Position numbers and translations under genes: made by a program. From Raillietiella orientalis (lineage: Eukaryota): 64,000 nt of DNA. A model generated the notes under the pieces. The model saw nothing but the letters and a program-made list of their open reading frames with translations. It did no database searches and was not told where the DNA came from. Position 1 is the stretch's first letter, and every line of letters starts with the position of its first letter. Positions 1-13,380 of this stretch are shown here, piece after piece. The stretch lies in NCBI GenBank assembly GCA_036172245.1, contig JAYWIR010000033.1:2356001-2420000 (forward strand), in the 5' to 3' direction.

Positions 1-3000
1 TTCTTCTTGCACTAAGAGACGTCGAGACGGCACGAAGAAGAGGCAAGGATAGAAAGTGCGCCGTCGTCGCCCGAGCAGTGCACGCAGCTCGCGAGAGTGG
101 GTGCGTTTCCGGCAAGCCCTCCGGAATCTTCCTCACCGAGCTCCCATAAAAATTATTTCTCTGGTAACCACCTTCTCCTTGGGAATTGCATTCTTGGAGC
201 GCACTGCAGGACGCTAGGAGGCCAGTCCAGGGCTCAAGGGACGAAGTTCCCTGCTAAAAGGCAGAGACGTGCTGGAGTCATCGCTGGAGCATCGAATTCT
301 GAGAGGCGCCCCTAGAATGTCGGAAGACGCAGAGCAAGTGGAACAAACTGTCTCTGCACCCGCCTTCTTTTCCGGCTCTTTTGGACATCTTCCAAGCTGC
401 TGTCAGCATCTTCAAAAGTCAAAGAAGCTTCCCTAGGCTTAGCTCCGAGAAAGGGCGTTCCTATGAAGTTGGTCGGCTGGTTTGCCGCTGTGTCCCAAGG
501 TCCTCTGCAGAACAATCCAAAAGCTTTCGAAGTTTTGTAGCATCTCTTGTTGCAATCTGCAGCTGTCGGAATCCAATCTGCTTCGTCTACCCATACGGCG
601 TCCGGTGGCCATCTTGCAGATATGCCCCCTCCCTCCCGCTCTTCCAGACCGAAGAAACTCTGTGCACTCTGGAGGTGAGCTCTCCGAACGGGAGAGGAGA
701 GCACATCGACCTCTTCGTTCGCGCCGTCTGTCCTCTGGGTGTTGTGTGCGGCGATCTTGTGGGCTCCTCAAAAACCTCAGAGAAGTCCCCGCCGTCGTGA
801 AACGCGGGAAATCCGTCCGTCCTCGAAGCGCCTATTCGCAACGACCATCCGAAACATCTGCCCTTCCTCACCCTGCCCTCTCGCTTCCGGTAGAGGGAGA
901 GCTACCTGACTTCAGGGCAGGAAATGGTAGCCGAGCGCTCGCGTAACAATCCCACGAGAGAAGGTTAGGGAGTCTCGGGACAATTGGGGACCATACACGT
1001 TCTCTCGAGAGAGACACCTCCCTCCTCTGCATCCCCAGAACCCCCTTCGCTCATCAAAGAGGGAGAGCAACTCCCCGCCAGTCCAAGGGAGGCGGTCTCC
1101 TCGCAACGGTTGGCCGATCAGGCCTTCGCCTCCACGAGACTCTTTGAGGAGAACGGAAAGCGAATAGCACGTGCCCTTCTTCCCTCTTTGGCGACTCCAC
1201 CGATTTGGCGAGGGAGAGAACCCTACCACCCACACTCCTGTCGCTGCACCTCAAAAAAAAGACTCCGTTCCCGTCAGCGCTAATCGAAGACCTGAGATCA
1301 GTGCAAGCGACTATTTCCCTGTTGCTCCCCATCTACACTCTTGATCCGCACGCTTAGCGACGCCGAGATTTCGGTTTCCTTCGCACCGCCGTCTCTCCAC
1401 TCATCCATGCCATTTTTTTCCAGGAAAAGAGAAGTGCCCAACCTCCCTCCAAGGATCCACTTCGTTTGGATAAGCCGAAGACTGGAGATGTTTTCCTGGT
1501 TGCTGCACGATCTCAAAAGACTGCACAATCTGGTATGGTGCGTGCCGCTGAGTCGCCCTGGTCCTTCGTTTGGGGATCGGCCCTTTCCCCCTTTCCCTGC
1601 CTTTCCCTGCGCCGAGGGGAAGGGTTTGCCCGGTGGCGGACTCGCGCCTCGTGCGACCTAGCCAATCGGTGCGGCGACGCTCGTCGCGGCGGGGTCGCAG
1701 GAATGCGATTTCTCCTCCTATGAGAGGAAGGTCTCGCCAGGCCGCAGACGGGCGAGCCTGCCATCGCGGAGGCCGTGGGGCGGGTGAGCTCGCCGAGGCC
1801 CATCCTGGCGCACCGGTTCCAGACCATCGCCCTCCCGAGGAGGGAAGCGCTGCGATTTCCTTTCCCTGGATTTCCTTCCAGCACTGTCGTCCTCCCAGGC
1901 CGGGTCCAACAGTTTGCCGTCTGCGCTCTCCGGAGCATGTAAAAGACACATGCAGGAGAGTAGCAGAGGCAGGCTGCTCCTTCCCCGTGGCTCCGTCAGC
2001 GGAGAAGGAAAGGAAATACAGAAACGCGCGCGCGCGCGAAGAATAAAAAGGAAAAAGGCCGAAGAGACGAAACGAATTCTTGCAGAATGGAAGAGGAACT
2101 TCCAGCTTGGTGGTACTGCGTCAGCCTTCTCAAGCTGAAACTTTCACGTTCGCGGTGATGGATCGATTCTTGCAAGAAGAACCCTGGGAGGAGTCTTGGA
2201 AGCAATGGCATGGATTGATGAGATATTTAGAACCACTTATGGGTTTCCGATGTTGCGATGGTCACTAATGAGAGATGGAAGGAAGCGGAGAAGGATGTGG
2301 GGATGAAGCTGAAACATTGTCTTCTTGGCGATTTTTTCAATTTGTTAGCGATGGTGTGGGAGAAGACATGGCTGCAGAGGAAGCGGAAAGATTTGCGTTG
2401 TCGATCGTGGAGAAGAAATAAGTAGCAGTTGTGGGTGTAGCTGTTGACTGAATAGTGATGAAATTGGTGGGGGCGGGTGACGTAATGTCGACAGAATCAG
2501 AGGCAACGTGATGCCACGGCGATGACTAACCGAGTGTTTCGGAGAGGCGGGTTGAGGAAACTGGTGGATGAGGAGTGGATGGAATGAAGAGGGATGTGAT
2601 GTGTTGGTGTGGTTAATGATTTAGGCAAGGGGCAGGACTTTTGCAGCTACCCTTGAAACCAATCATAACTGGACCTGAATGCACGTAAACGCAGTGACCA
2701 GTTCGGGAGAGATCGCAGCGCTGCGGCATGGAGGTCGGTCAAGGAGATGAACTCGTCACCTCTTGATGGAGTGGTGCAAAATCCCCCTCTTTGCCTTGTT
2801 TCTCAAGAGGGCACTTGTTGATACAGAAACAGAGCTCAGGTAAACAGTAGCTCAAGGATTGAGGGCGCACGTCCGTGATTGGCGGTTTCGTGCTGCTGAT
2901 TGATTCTCCGCGATGACAGTGTTCACAGCTTCTTCGCGGAGTTGCAATACCAAAGGACTGAGAAGAGAAAGAAGAAAACAGTGAAACCGAGTGGTTTCAT

Positions 3001-5249
3001 TTCGTTTTGGGAAGACGAGGAACCGGAAGTGTCTGCTCCTCTCCGGAAAACTGTTTCGACATGACTGCCAAAGCTGAGAGATGCATGGCAAGTTATGAAG
3101 GGATGACAAATGATTTTTCAGGGAATTTACCCCACGTGGGTTCCCTGACGAGGAAGCAAATTTTGAAAGGCAATGTCCGTTAGGTAAGGGTCATCGCGAA
3201 GTCAAAGTCGAACGTCGGGATTGACCATGCAGACAGCCTATTTTGGAAAATTGATCACAAATTTTCCTAGAATGTTTGCTCGAGAAATCATCGGCGCATC
3301 CGAAAGAATTCCTGCATCTCGTGATAGAAAAGTAGCAAAAATTCTAAACAGATCTTCGGAAAACGTCGAAAGCATAGCGATGGGTGATGTACACTGTATT
3401 TGTATCAAAGGAACTTTTCATTTAAAGCACATTTCTTATGTTCCTGGAAACTTCAAAGGGCATTCTGGAACACCAGCAGTCAGGTGATCATACAAAGCTC
3501 CTGCAGGTTACTTGGATCCTCTTGAAAGAGACTTTTCTTATGCCCACGAGCCTCTTATTTACATTCATTTACATTTCCTTATTTTCAACGTGGATGTTTT
3601 CGTTAAACCGCCCGATCGAACGTGCTACTTTTGGAGAACAGAAGTAGAACCTAATCTTTAATTTTCAGTAAATGAAGTCAAGGGTAGAATGATTGCAATT
3701 ATCCTTTTGTACATGTCACAATATTTGAATATGTTTTTACTTAATTCTAGTAAATGCAGTCGTTAAAGTGGATTGGGTATCAAAATATTCAATCGGTGGA
3801 TAACTGTTCAGCACGATACGCACTTGTAACATCTTCGAGAGAGGATTAAAGTTATCTTTTCATGTGTGAGCATCATAAATGTCTAGAATGAGTGCAGCGA
3901 TATGTTCAGGGTCGATGGAAAATGTACGAATGTGCAATTTGCTAGAGTGTGATGGAGACTTCTCCAGCTTCTCGAAGAACCTGCGTTTCCCAGCCTATTC
4001 AAACGGCTGCCAAATTGGCTGCACGGGAGGAGGTTCGTTTCGTGGAAAACATGAAAAGCAGCGGAGTCCTGGGTCTTACCAGAAAACCAGATCAGTGCCC
4101 AAGTGGTTCTCTGAGTCTCCTTGTGAGCGGAAGCGAAGGAGAAGAAAGAAAAAAGCCCGCGAAGCACGTGGAGCCACTGCGGAAAATGAAGCCGAGTAGT
4201 CAACGCTTGGGTGGTCAGCGACTCTAAGCCACCAGGGTCGCGGACAAGTGGCGTTCGCTTCGGTCTTTTCTGCGCTCCGATCGCCTTAACCTGCTCCAGA
4301 TGAAAAGCGAAGGAAGGAAGCTTCTCTCCTCGAGTTTCCTGTTCATTTTCTGAAAGTCGCAAGGGCTCCTCCGGTTCCTCTTCCGCGTCTTGCGACTTCC
4401 GAGATGCAAGTTTTACTCCAAGTACCAATCTTTCGAGTTCACGAGAGCCTGAAAGATTGGTCCTTGCCCCAAGCAATTTCGAAAACGATCCGTCAGTTTC
4501 GGATTAGGGGGGAAGAAGGGTTGCGTAGATGCTGCCGTACGCAGCAAGCGAACGGCTGACCGATTTTTTCTAGTGGAAATTTGCAACGCCACAGGGCCGT
4601 TACAAGGAGAGAGTTGCTTCGCCACATAACCACTCTCCTACAAGAACCCATAGGAAAATCCTTTTTTTCCGCTGCCTTCCTGATCGTGCCAAACATTCCA
4701 GATGGGAACCAGGCTCGAAGTTCCTCTCCCCTGGAGGAGAAATTTTCACATTTTTTTTTCTGTCCACGCCACCCGAGGGTGCGTCTTGATTCTTCAAGTT
4801 ATAAGGGTAACTCCGGAAAGACCACCCTATGAATCCAGGGAGTGCTGAAAGAAAGAGTCCTCCCCTCTTATGCTTCGTGGAAAACTCCGGAGGGAACCTC
4901 TTTCTTATTTTCTGCGGAAGGGTCCTCCGGCGGAAGCCATTCCTCGTTCCTCCTCCTAAGGGAAACTGGAAAGGATCTGCTGCTGGAATTTCTCCAGAGG
5001 GAACCCGCAAAGGAACCGCCCCCTAAAGAAAATCCGGAGGGACACTTTCAAATTTCCCTGAAGAAGGAAGCAGTGCGCTTCTTCACACTCTGGAGAGTTC
5101 TCTTCACACACACTCTTCACACTCACCCTCTGTTTCCGATTTCCACCTGAGCGTGTCCGAAGCAAGCAGGGGCCGGCCAGCGTCATCCCTCGTGGAGGAC
5201 TCGAAACCCACGACGCACCCTTCATTCTCGGCGTCGATCCCTCACGTGA

Positions 5250-5300
5250 GGATTCGAACCCGCCACGCTTAGTGCCACCTGAGAAGGTCTCGGCCGCATG
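5250..5300 (-). other. Isolated Pol III B-box (tRNA/SINE-like remnant)
   Basis: Minus-strand GGTTCGAATCC at 5260-5250, with an A-box-like CGGCCGAG about 30 nt upstream. No cloverleaf forms. Confidence 0.3.
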
Positions 5301-7700
5301 GTCAACAACGTGGTCTGAGCACCCCTTGTTTCCTTAGATCTCGCAAGGGCTTTCGTTCCGAAGCTGACGGTTCCTATACTGCCGTCTTTCCTCTCCCCAG
5401 AAAAGCTGTACGGTGTTCCCAAGGCAACGGGAAAACAAATGCAAGAAAGATGAGGGAGTGTCTTGAGGAGAAGAGCGCAGGGACACACAAACGCGACCTC
5501 GTCGTCTGAGGCGAGGTTAGATCCGTTTGAAAGGATAGGAGAGGGAAAGGGATGTCGTTGTGCAGTACTTGGCGTTCCATGACCAGCTTCTTTTCCTCAG
5601 AAAGAAGGATTTCCACGAAGATGCAAAGTGGGAAATGCACTTCAGATGCGGGGATCTCTCTGGGTGGGCGAGGTCTTTCTTGCGTTCGCTACAACGCGCG
5701 CACTTCGCAGTAGGGAAGTCTGGGTGGGCTGCCGAAACCCACACACGGTTTTGAAGGAGCAGCACTTTACAGTCGAGCATCCAGCTGCGGCTGGCGAGGC
5801 AATCGAAGGCTCCAGGACCCCGACAGGAACCCAAGAAACCTCGCTCAGTCGACAATCGACCGAAACGTTATCAGGTAGCGCGTGAGAAGTGGGGAGATAC
5901 TCGCAGGACCACCATCCTCATCCGTCCTCTTCCTCCTCTTCCTCCTCATTTAAATTCTTGTCCTCCTTCTCGTTTTCCTCTTCCTCCTTTCCCTTTTGGT
6001 GGTCTGAGGTATTCCCTACTGGAGACAACAAGTCTTCCGTTGACATGTCGCCAGCAATCCACATAGAAATCAAGAGGGGTGAGGAGTGAACGGGCGGGGT
6101 AAGGGATGAGGGAGAACAGGTGGACAGGCAGCTGATACCCATGTGTTGCTCCCTGCACGAGGTTTGGTCTCCACCAGAGGGACCACAATTTTTCCCGGGG
6201 ACCCCCCACCGGACGCCGCTGCCGAAGAGACATGAGCACAGCTCGATGAAAGAGGGGGAGAGGAACTCCAGGTCCTCTCTCGGGACACATCCTGCAGCTC
6301 TAGGAAGCTCCGGACGTCGAATGGCTGGGTGATCATAGCGAATCGGGGGTAGTGGATGCTTCAGGGTGAGTCGAGTGCATCCACTCGTTCCCCGCTGAGG
6401 CGGCGGAAGGTTCTCAATTGAGCGCTGGGCACCCTTGGAACCCTAGAGAGGGGTTCTTTCATGCTTTCTCCTGCCCCTAATGAAGCAAGAGAGCACTTCG
6501 GGAGACGATTGAGGGTTTGAGAGCTTAAAGAAGAGGGATTCGAGGGGCTGGAGAGAATCACTTCTTCATACCTTCCTTCCAGCGCCAGCGCTTAGGGAAG
6601 CAGGCGAGGGTGGCCTCCCCATGGAGTACATCGAGCAGGCTCTCTAGGGGCTGGTTTTTCTCCGGAAGGGTCAAGCGAACATGCGACGGCCTCACTCGAG
6701 TTTTGGTACCCATATTTCGTCTCCTGCCCACCGATACCCCGTAGGAAAAAAAGAAAGGGAGCAAAGCTTTCTCCGCCCTACTTTGACCCACTCTGCCTAC
6801 GAATCTCTGGGGCTTAAGTTCCCGATCATTTCCTTTCGAGGGGAAGGGTCGCAAAAAGAGAAGAAACCCCCCGCTGTTCGTTCATCTTCCGCCTTCTTTT
6901 ACCCTGGATTTTCCTTTTCAGTTCTGGAAGCTGCACCAGGAGGACCGGTTCACCGTTAGTCTTTTCTGGACCAGATCTCAGGAACTTCAGGTAATGTCCA
7001 CGTTGCGCTTTCCATCTCCATCTCCTCTCTTTTCCCTTCCCCTCCCCCATTCTCATCTTTCGGTCCGATCACTATGCCCATCTAGGAGGAGGACCTCCCG
7101 CCTCTCCTTGAGGACTCGTTCTTCAGAGCACGCTTGCTCCTCAGGAGGCCCTGTTGGAAAGAGGAATTCCTGTCCTGGAGCGCCCTCTACGACAGGTACG
7201 TCAGGGCTCGGCACTGGGCTCTCCCGCTTCTCGCACCGCTCGGATGGGAGACTTCGCCGCTGCAGTCATGCGGCAGGAGCGCTTCCCAGAGTCTGTAAAG
7301 CCTCCGGATCGATATATAGCAGTTGCCACTCGTCAAAGGAGCGCGTCGTCTTTTTCACCTAGCTCTTTTCGCTCTTTGCGGATCGGAAAGGATCCTTTCT
7401 AGGACAAAATCCCTCCCGGCCCTATAATTTGGGGGGCACCAATTATGAGGCCGCCCTCTTGGATCAGAATCGCCCTGGATACCGCAGGACCGCGCAATCC
7501 CATGCCTGCCTACTACCGGGATTTCTCTTCCACAACTTCCCTGTTCTTGTTCTCCTGGAGGAGTGACGGATGGCTCTGCTTTACCGTGGCGGCCTCTTCC
7601 TGCCGCTTCCTCTTCCATTCTTCTCTTCGATCCCCTTCACACTTCACACTTCCGCGCTCCGCAACTTACTGAGCGCCACATCTCTTCCCGATCCCGGCCA

Positions 7701-7784
7701 GCTTCACAGTCGTCCCTCTTCCCTGCCTGCTTCACAGTCGTCCCTCTTCTCTGCCTGCTTCACAGTCGTCCCTCTTCCCTGCCT
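7701..7784. repeat. Minisatellite, 3 x 28 bp (GCTTCACAGTCGTCCCTCTTCCCTGCCT)
   Basis: Units at 7701-7728, 7729-7756 (one C>T change) and 7757-7784, followed by a partial CCTTCA. Confidence 0.92.
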
Positions 7785-10700
7785 CCTTCAAACGCTGCGC
7801 TTCCAGGCACTGTCCGGTGGCCGAGAGCAAACCTCCCTGTTCCTCGACCCTGGGGAAGCTTTCGAGCCTTTTACTACTCTCTTGGAATAATGGGAAGTAG
7901 GAAAAGAAGAGGGTCTTGGGTGCACTCCCATTCCGCCCTCTGGCAGTCCCGCCGCCATGGGGCGTGAAAGACTTTCCTGAACTCTAGCTTGCCTCCCATC
8001 ATTCCAGGAGCAAAAATACGCGCGTCCTACTCTGCCATTCCAGAAGCACCGTCGGCGTCTTCTGCTGCGGCCCCAGGAGCCTCTGCCGAGAGATCTCGAA
8101 GCACTGCGTCCGTTCCTCCCTGAGGAGGAATGTCGCCTTCATCCTGCACAAGGAGACATTTTCCTGATCCCACTCCCTCTGAAGGCCATGGAGACGAAAG
8201 GGAGAAGAGCCAGGAGGTTTCAGGTCTGCTGAGGGAAAGGATCAGTACTCCGAGCGTGAAGGAGGAAGGGGGGAGGACACAGAGAGAAATAGTGCTCTGC
8301 TTTTGTTGCTCCCCGTAGGGAGGCAGTGCTGGAGACACCGTTCGACCCGGTGGTCCTCCTCACCTTCTGGAATTAAGACGAGCGCTCAAGTTTCCCGAAA
8401 AGGCCTCCTGTTCCATCTCTCCTCTTCCCCCACGACTTTGGAGGACGCATCCCTTCCCCTCCCCCTGCCTTCGGAGGCGGGGGACAGCTCCAGGACTTCC
8501 GGAAATGAGAGTTCCCCTGCAGACCCTGGTCTACGGCGAATGCCTGACCCTCACAGGTTCCTGCAGGGGATCGAGAGACGGGAGACTTGTTCCGGATCCC
8601 CACATTCCTCAGACCGTCCCGGTGACATCATCCACCCTTACCCTCGATGGTTGGCGGCCTCCTGCAGCCGATGCTCCCGGACTCGAACTGCATCTCTTCG
8701 TCGTCTCAGGGGTGTGCCCCTTCCCCCAGAGAGGGCTGCCCTTCCCGGCTGCCCTTCCCTGAAACACGGATCGTTTCCCTACCCTTAGAAAACGAAAAGG
8801 AAAGAAAAAATTCTTGTAGAGGTTGCCTTACATCTGCCCTCAGCTGCAGCATCTTTCCCTTTCCTGGAGCCGCATACATCTGCCTGTATGGCGATCCTGA
8901 AAGGCCATCTCCGTGGAGACTCTCAGAGCTCTGCGGATCGAGCGAAACATTTCCAAGCAGCTTCTGGAATCTTACATTTCTAAAAAATAAAAAAAAAATG
9001 CACCTTCGACGGTAGAGAGAGGGACCCGAGTGGCCTCCAAGAGACCTGACGGTGATCGGGCAGGGAAGAGTCTAGAGGATGGAGAACACGGCGAATTTCT
9101 CCTTATTTCAACGACCTCGATCTCTTCCGGATGTTCGTAGACCTCCTCTGCTGTCTGGATAAAAGGTCAACCCTCATTTCCCTGCTTCTCAAGGATGCCG
9201 CTGCTGGAAACCGGTCGTGTAGGCACTCGCCGTTGTTTCGATCAGCCACAGATCTTCTCCTCTCAACGGCAGCTCGCAGGGTTGTCCACGGTCCCACCGA
9301 ACGCCCGAGATGCGATTTTTTGGAGAGCAGAGTGTGCCCTGTCCAGATGCGGGAGTCCCCGTCCCTGGAGACCTTTGTCCCTCTTTTCCGCGCTGCTTCG
9401 CGCATCGTTCTTTCTCTCGAGAGGCGCGCCTGCCGCGACAGAGGCTGGATGCAGACGCGTGCGCGCGGAGTTCCGTGCATCGGAAGAGATCCCACATTCA
9501 CGCGCGTTGGCCACGTCCTCCTCCTCCGTCCCCGTTCTGTCGACAACATCCCCACGATCGCCGTCGACGTCTGCCGCTGATGGTTTCTCATCCAAGCGCC
9601 GGAATGCGATCGGCGTCAACGCGAGCAGAACATCCGAAGGGTTGGCATCCTCGTGAAAGTGCTGAGAGACGCTGCATCTCTGGACGCACCTCGATTGTGC
9701 CGAAAGCTGTTTCTCGTGCAGCTCACGTCGACAATATTTTGTCTTCCCCTTGCAGCAGCAGCAGCTGCGGCGTTTTTCCCTTTCCACAGTTCACGTGGTT
9801 CACTAGCACAGGAATTCAGTTTCTGACATCCCTTCGAGGAATCGTCCAGACGACCTTTGGGTTCCCGGGTGCTTAGCAGCGCCACATCCTTGGCAGTCAA
9901 CGTATTCATTTGATGAGTCCGCACGATCAAAGATTTCTTCCTGGTGCCCGACGCACCTCCATGGTTTCTCCATTGATTACCACTCCCCTGGCTATTTGCA
10001 GGTGGCACTACTCTCTCCTCCCTTTCCCCTCTGCTTAGCCCGCCCCACCCGTTGGGCTCGTGAAAGTCAGCTAACGTCCTGTCAAGAAGGAAAGCAGGAA
10101 AAACTCTATAGGAAGAACTGGCAGCAAACAGAACAAAGGCGACTTCTCTCGTATTTTCCATAGGAGGGGAACTCGCGTCGACTTACGGCGACCAGGTAAA
10201 AGATGAACCGGTTCCCTAGACGACGAGGCGCAAGCATCTCCCGTCTCTCGGAAACTTCTTGCCGATTTCTTCCACAGAAAACGCATTCGGCATCCTGAAA
10301 GCAGAAGAGATCTGAAGGAGAAGAGGAAGCAGCAACCTCCAAACAGTGTACGCAATGCCATCATAAAAGAGCGCATTTTTCCATCTCTGTCAGCAGTGTA
10401 CTTCATTTGCACTTTTTCCATCGACGACAAATAATAAATAAATACACACCATGTACAGATGAAAAGAGAAATCTTGAGAGGTGGTTTTGCAAAACGGAGT
10501 GACCCTCAAGAAAAATCAATAGAGAAACTGAGAAGGGTTGGATCATTGGCTCGGTATAAAGCGCTTTCAGGGATGCGCTCGTAGAACAGCCGACAAGGAA
10601 TGGACACGGATCTCTGGTTTAGCTTTCACGTCCGGATAGCGCCTGGAATCTGGGAATACCTTTGGGTTTCCCTCTTGAGCCAAGAGGCGGCGACGACGGG

Positions 10701-12399
10701 TTCGGGAAATCCTCTTGCGTCAGTAATCTTCCTCCTACCACGATACCGCGCAGCAGTTCTGGAGAAGTGTTGAGAACATAGGTTTGCGAATGCTTGCTCG
10801 TGTGTTTTCTTCTTGTGCGGCCTTTTATTGTCAGAGATCTCCGAAAAATCTCGAAAGATGCAGGCGGGAACTCGGAGTATACTTGCCAAAACAAAGATCC
10901 TCACTTTATTTCACCCATTCTGCCTTCTTCGTTGCAGAGACAGGCGTGTGTGGTTCTCCTGGTCAGCAGCTTCTGGTCCAGGAAGCTTTGCTCTCCAACT
11001 GGGGGAGGAACCGTCAGACAGGTGAGAGGTTGAAGCTGGAGACCGCGTTTGGCTGCTGGCTTTCTCAGCAACTCTATAGTATTCCGCAGGAGGTAAGCGA
11101 CTTGGAGGATGGTCATGCCCTGGAGAGTGGAGAAAGACGCGTAACGACCCTCGCTCAGAACACCTCTTCGGGCAACGCGGAGAACATTGCTCCGACCTCG
11201 GAACAGTTCAAGGAGTTCAGAGGTGGACTGTCTCTCGTCTGTCCCGAGTTTTTCCAAAACTGTGCATTGGGAAGCAGCCTTGGGATAGTTCTGGAAGAAG
11301 ACACAGGAAGATACAAGAAACGGCTGATAAACATGGAGACTGAACCAAGAGGAGCAACCGATGCTTCCTGAAGCGTGGCTCATCCTGCACAGATCCACAG
11401 AACATGAGCACCGTCCGTGAGCCTACCAGTCACAGAGGTACCGAACAAAACCTTGAAGAGATATGTGCTTCTCGGGAATCCATCTCTCGCTCTTGGCATT
11501 TTAAGCAGAGAGATCAGACTTCTCAAACTGAACTTCACACTGGATTGAAAACACATTTCACGGAAACCAAAGGGAAGATGGAATCTAGAAAATGGGATCG
11601 AAAGGCACGACTGAAACCCGTTTCATCCTGCCAAGGAAGTTGCAATTCATACGAAGACAAGATATAAAAACTGGCCGGATATGAGTAAATATGAGGAAGG
11701 AGCAAGTCTAAGACCACAAAGAAAACCCGAAGGAATTTACACCACAGCTTTCAGGCATTCTTTCGTAGTACATGGCCTCTGAAACTCAAAGGCCTGCACA
11801 ATTCGCTAACAGCCTTTATACGTTTCGAGAAGCGTGTTTCAAAAAGATGGTCATTAGATGAGCTTCCAAAAACAGCAACATCACCAACTTTCAACGAAGG
11901 ATGTAATCAGACTAACGAATCTACCCCACAAATAAGAACTTTGCTCACAATGGCTGTTTCAAATTATGAACCTCTCGAGATCTGATACTGCAAGATTTAT
12001 TTATAAAGGAGGTAGACTTCGGCTGCAAACACCAATGGTGAAGATCTGGGCGTATCAGTTCGCAGAGATACTGAAAGTGATCAGTTCAAGTAAACTGGAT
12101 GTTTGAAAGAGAAGTGGACTGAAATTATATTTGCGGAGTTCACATTTGGCTCGCACATGAGAAAAGAAAATCGCCTCCTGCCCACGCCTGGTTCAACATG
12201 GGGCAGCATGGCATCTCTTGCTGCAACACATCGGGATCGAGGGAAGACCATATCCTTCGTTGGGCAGCTCGGACTTAAGGGCACTCTCCGTTCATCAGCC
12301 AACACCGTGGAATCGCAGATCGTACGTGTTTTCGTGCCGTGCGGCGCAACCTTCTACCTGTGAGGGCATCGCCCACCAGGACAGAACTGATCTCTAGTG

Positions 12400-13380
12400 A
12401 AGAAGACGGGAAAGGTAGGCAGGATAGCTTCCTCGCGTTCTAGCCAGATGGGTCACCAGCCAGAGCCATGACCATGGAAAGCTATGATAGACTGGTGATT
12501 CAGATCAAGAAGACATTAGGATTTGGTGAGCGCCAACAAGAGTGATCGGGGAACATTCGAAGTTAAAACCAATTCTATTGTTCCAAGGGCAAAGGGAAGA
12601 TAATCATTCTGAACTGAGCTTGTCCCTGTAAACATTAATTGAAAGTACTGGGAGAGACGAAGCAGAAAGAGAGCAAGTATCCAGGATTGGTTCTTCGCTT
12701 CGCTGCCCAAAGGGTGCTCACCACCGTATGAGCAGCCATAGTAGAATCTCTGATATTTTGGTATCCAGGAAATGATGTAGCGCTGATGGCACTGAAAATT
12801 CTCAAGAAGCAGAGTGGACTCATGGGAAAAGGAAGAACTTGAACATAAAGTATTCTCTGGACATGCAGCGGAAGACGTGGATGGATTACTCCAGTAGTGG
12901 AAGAATAATCTCCAAAAATCACAGGCGAAGAATAGACAAGCGGAAATAATGGTGAAAGCTTTCTCTTTATCAGTTTGCGTCTTTTCTTTTTAGAATTACT
13001 TTTAGCTTTACTAAATTCTTGTGTACAGAAAATTTCCAACGAGGAAAATATTCCGCATATTTATTGTCTGGAGTGCATGACCGCTGTTATCCTGAAAGTC
13101 AATTTTTATAAAATACAAGAAACTGGAATTCCCTCGGCTAAGCAAAAGTGCAATTCGCAGCCATGAAGCCATGGAGCAAAGGATGGAAGACTGAATGGAA
13201 AGAACAGGCCTGGTTCGAAGACAAGAGAATTTCCCTTTAAAGTACAAGTTTTTGATTCCTCTGTACTACTCATATAGGTGTCCATCATCCAGTTTCCTAA
13301 TCTGAGAGGCTCAAGCATTTTGGTGTTCAAGATGACTAAACACCAAAATGCTTCAGTTTGACTATATGACGAGTTCATTG
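12400..13380 (-). mobile_element. Probable highly decayed I-clade LINE 3' fragment (post-RT region plus RNase H)
   Basis: In order on the minus strand across frames: TEAF (~13350, TGAF-like), EPLRL, SWLRI, VIFGDYSS (~12915, IFSDSxS-like), IISWIP (~12765) followed by NIRDSTMA (GIRGNExA-like), EREEAIL (~12430, RREEVIL-like). Each match is weak. Their order is the main support. Confidence 0.42.

Noticed and set aside
2240..2660. Strongly strand-skewed segment encoding S/T/P-rich peptides on the minus strand (LINE ORF1-like or mucin-like)
   Set aside because: Interrupted by stops, with no diagnostic CCHC or endonuclease motif, so it cannot be assigned.
5230..5320. tRNA gene suggested by GGTTCGAATCC and the palindrome CCTCACGTGAGG
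   Set aside because: The T-stem and acceptor stem do not pair. Kept only as a low-confidence B-box remnant.
7701..7784. 28-bp repeats resembling CRISPR direct repeats in length
   Set aside because: The units are head-to-tail with no spacers, the context is eukaryotic and there are no cas genes.
1..9900. Many overlapping 100-190 aa ORFs on both strands, with all six frames open around 9310-9497
   Set aside because: Arg/Ser/Pro/Gly-rich translations with no recognisable domain, as expected from stop-codon scarcity in GC-rich DNA.
10784..11371. 195-aa ORF
   Set aside because: Non-ATG start, no recognisable motif and no consistent exon chain.
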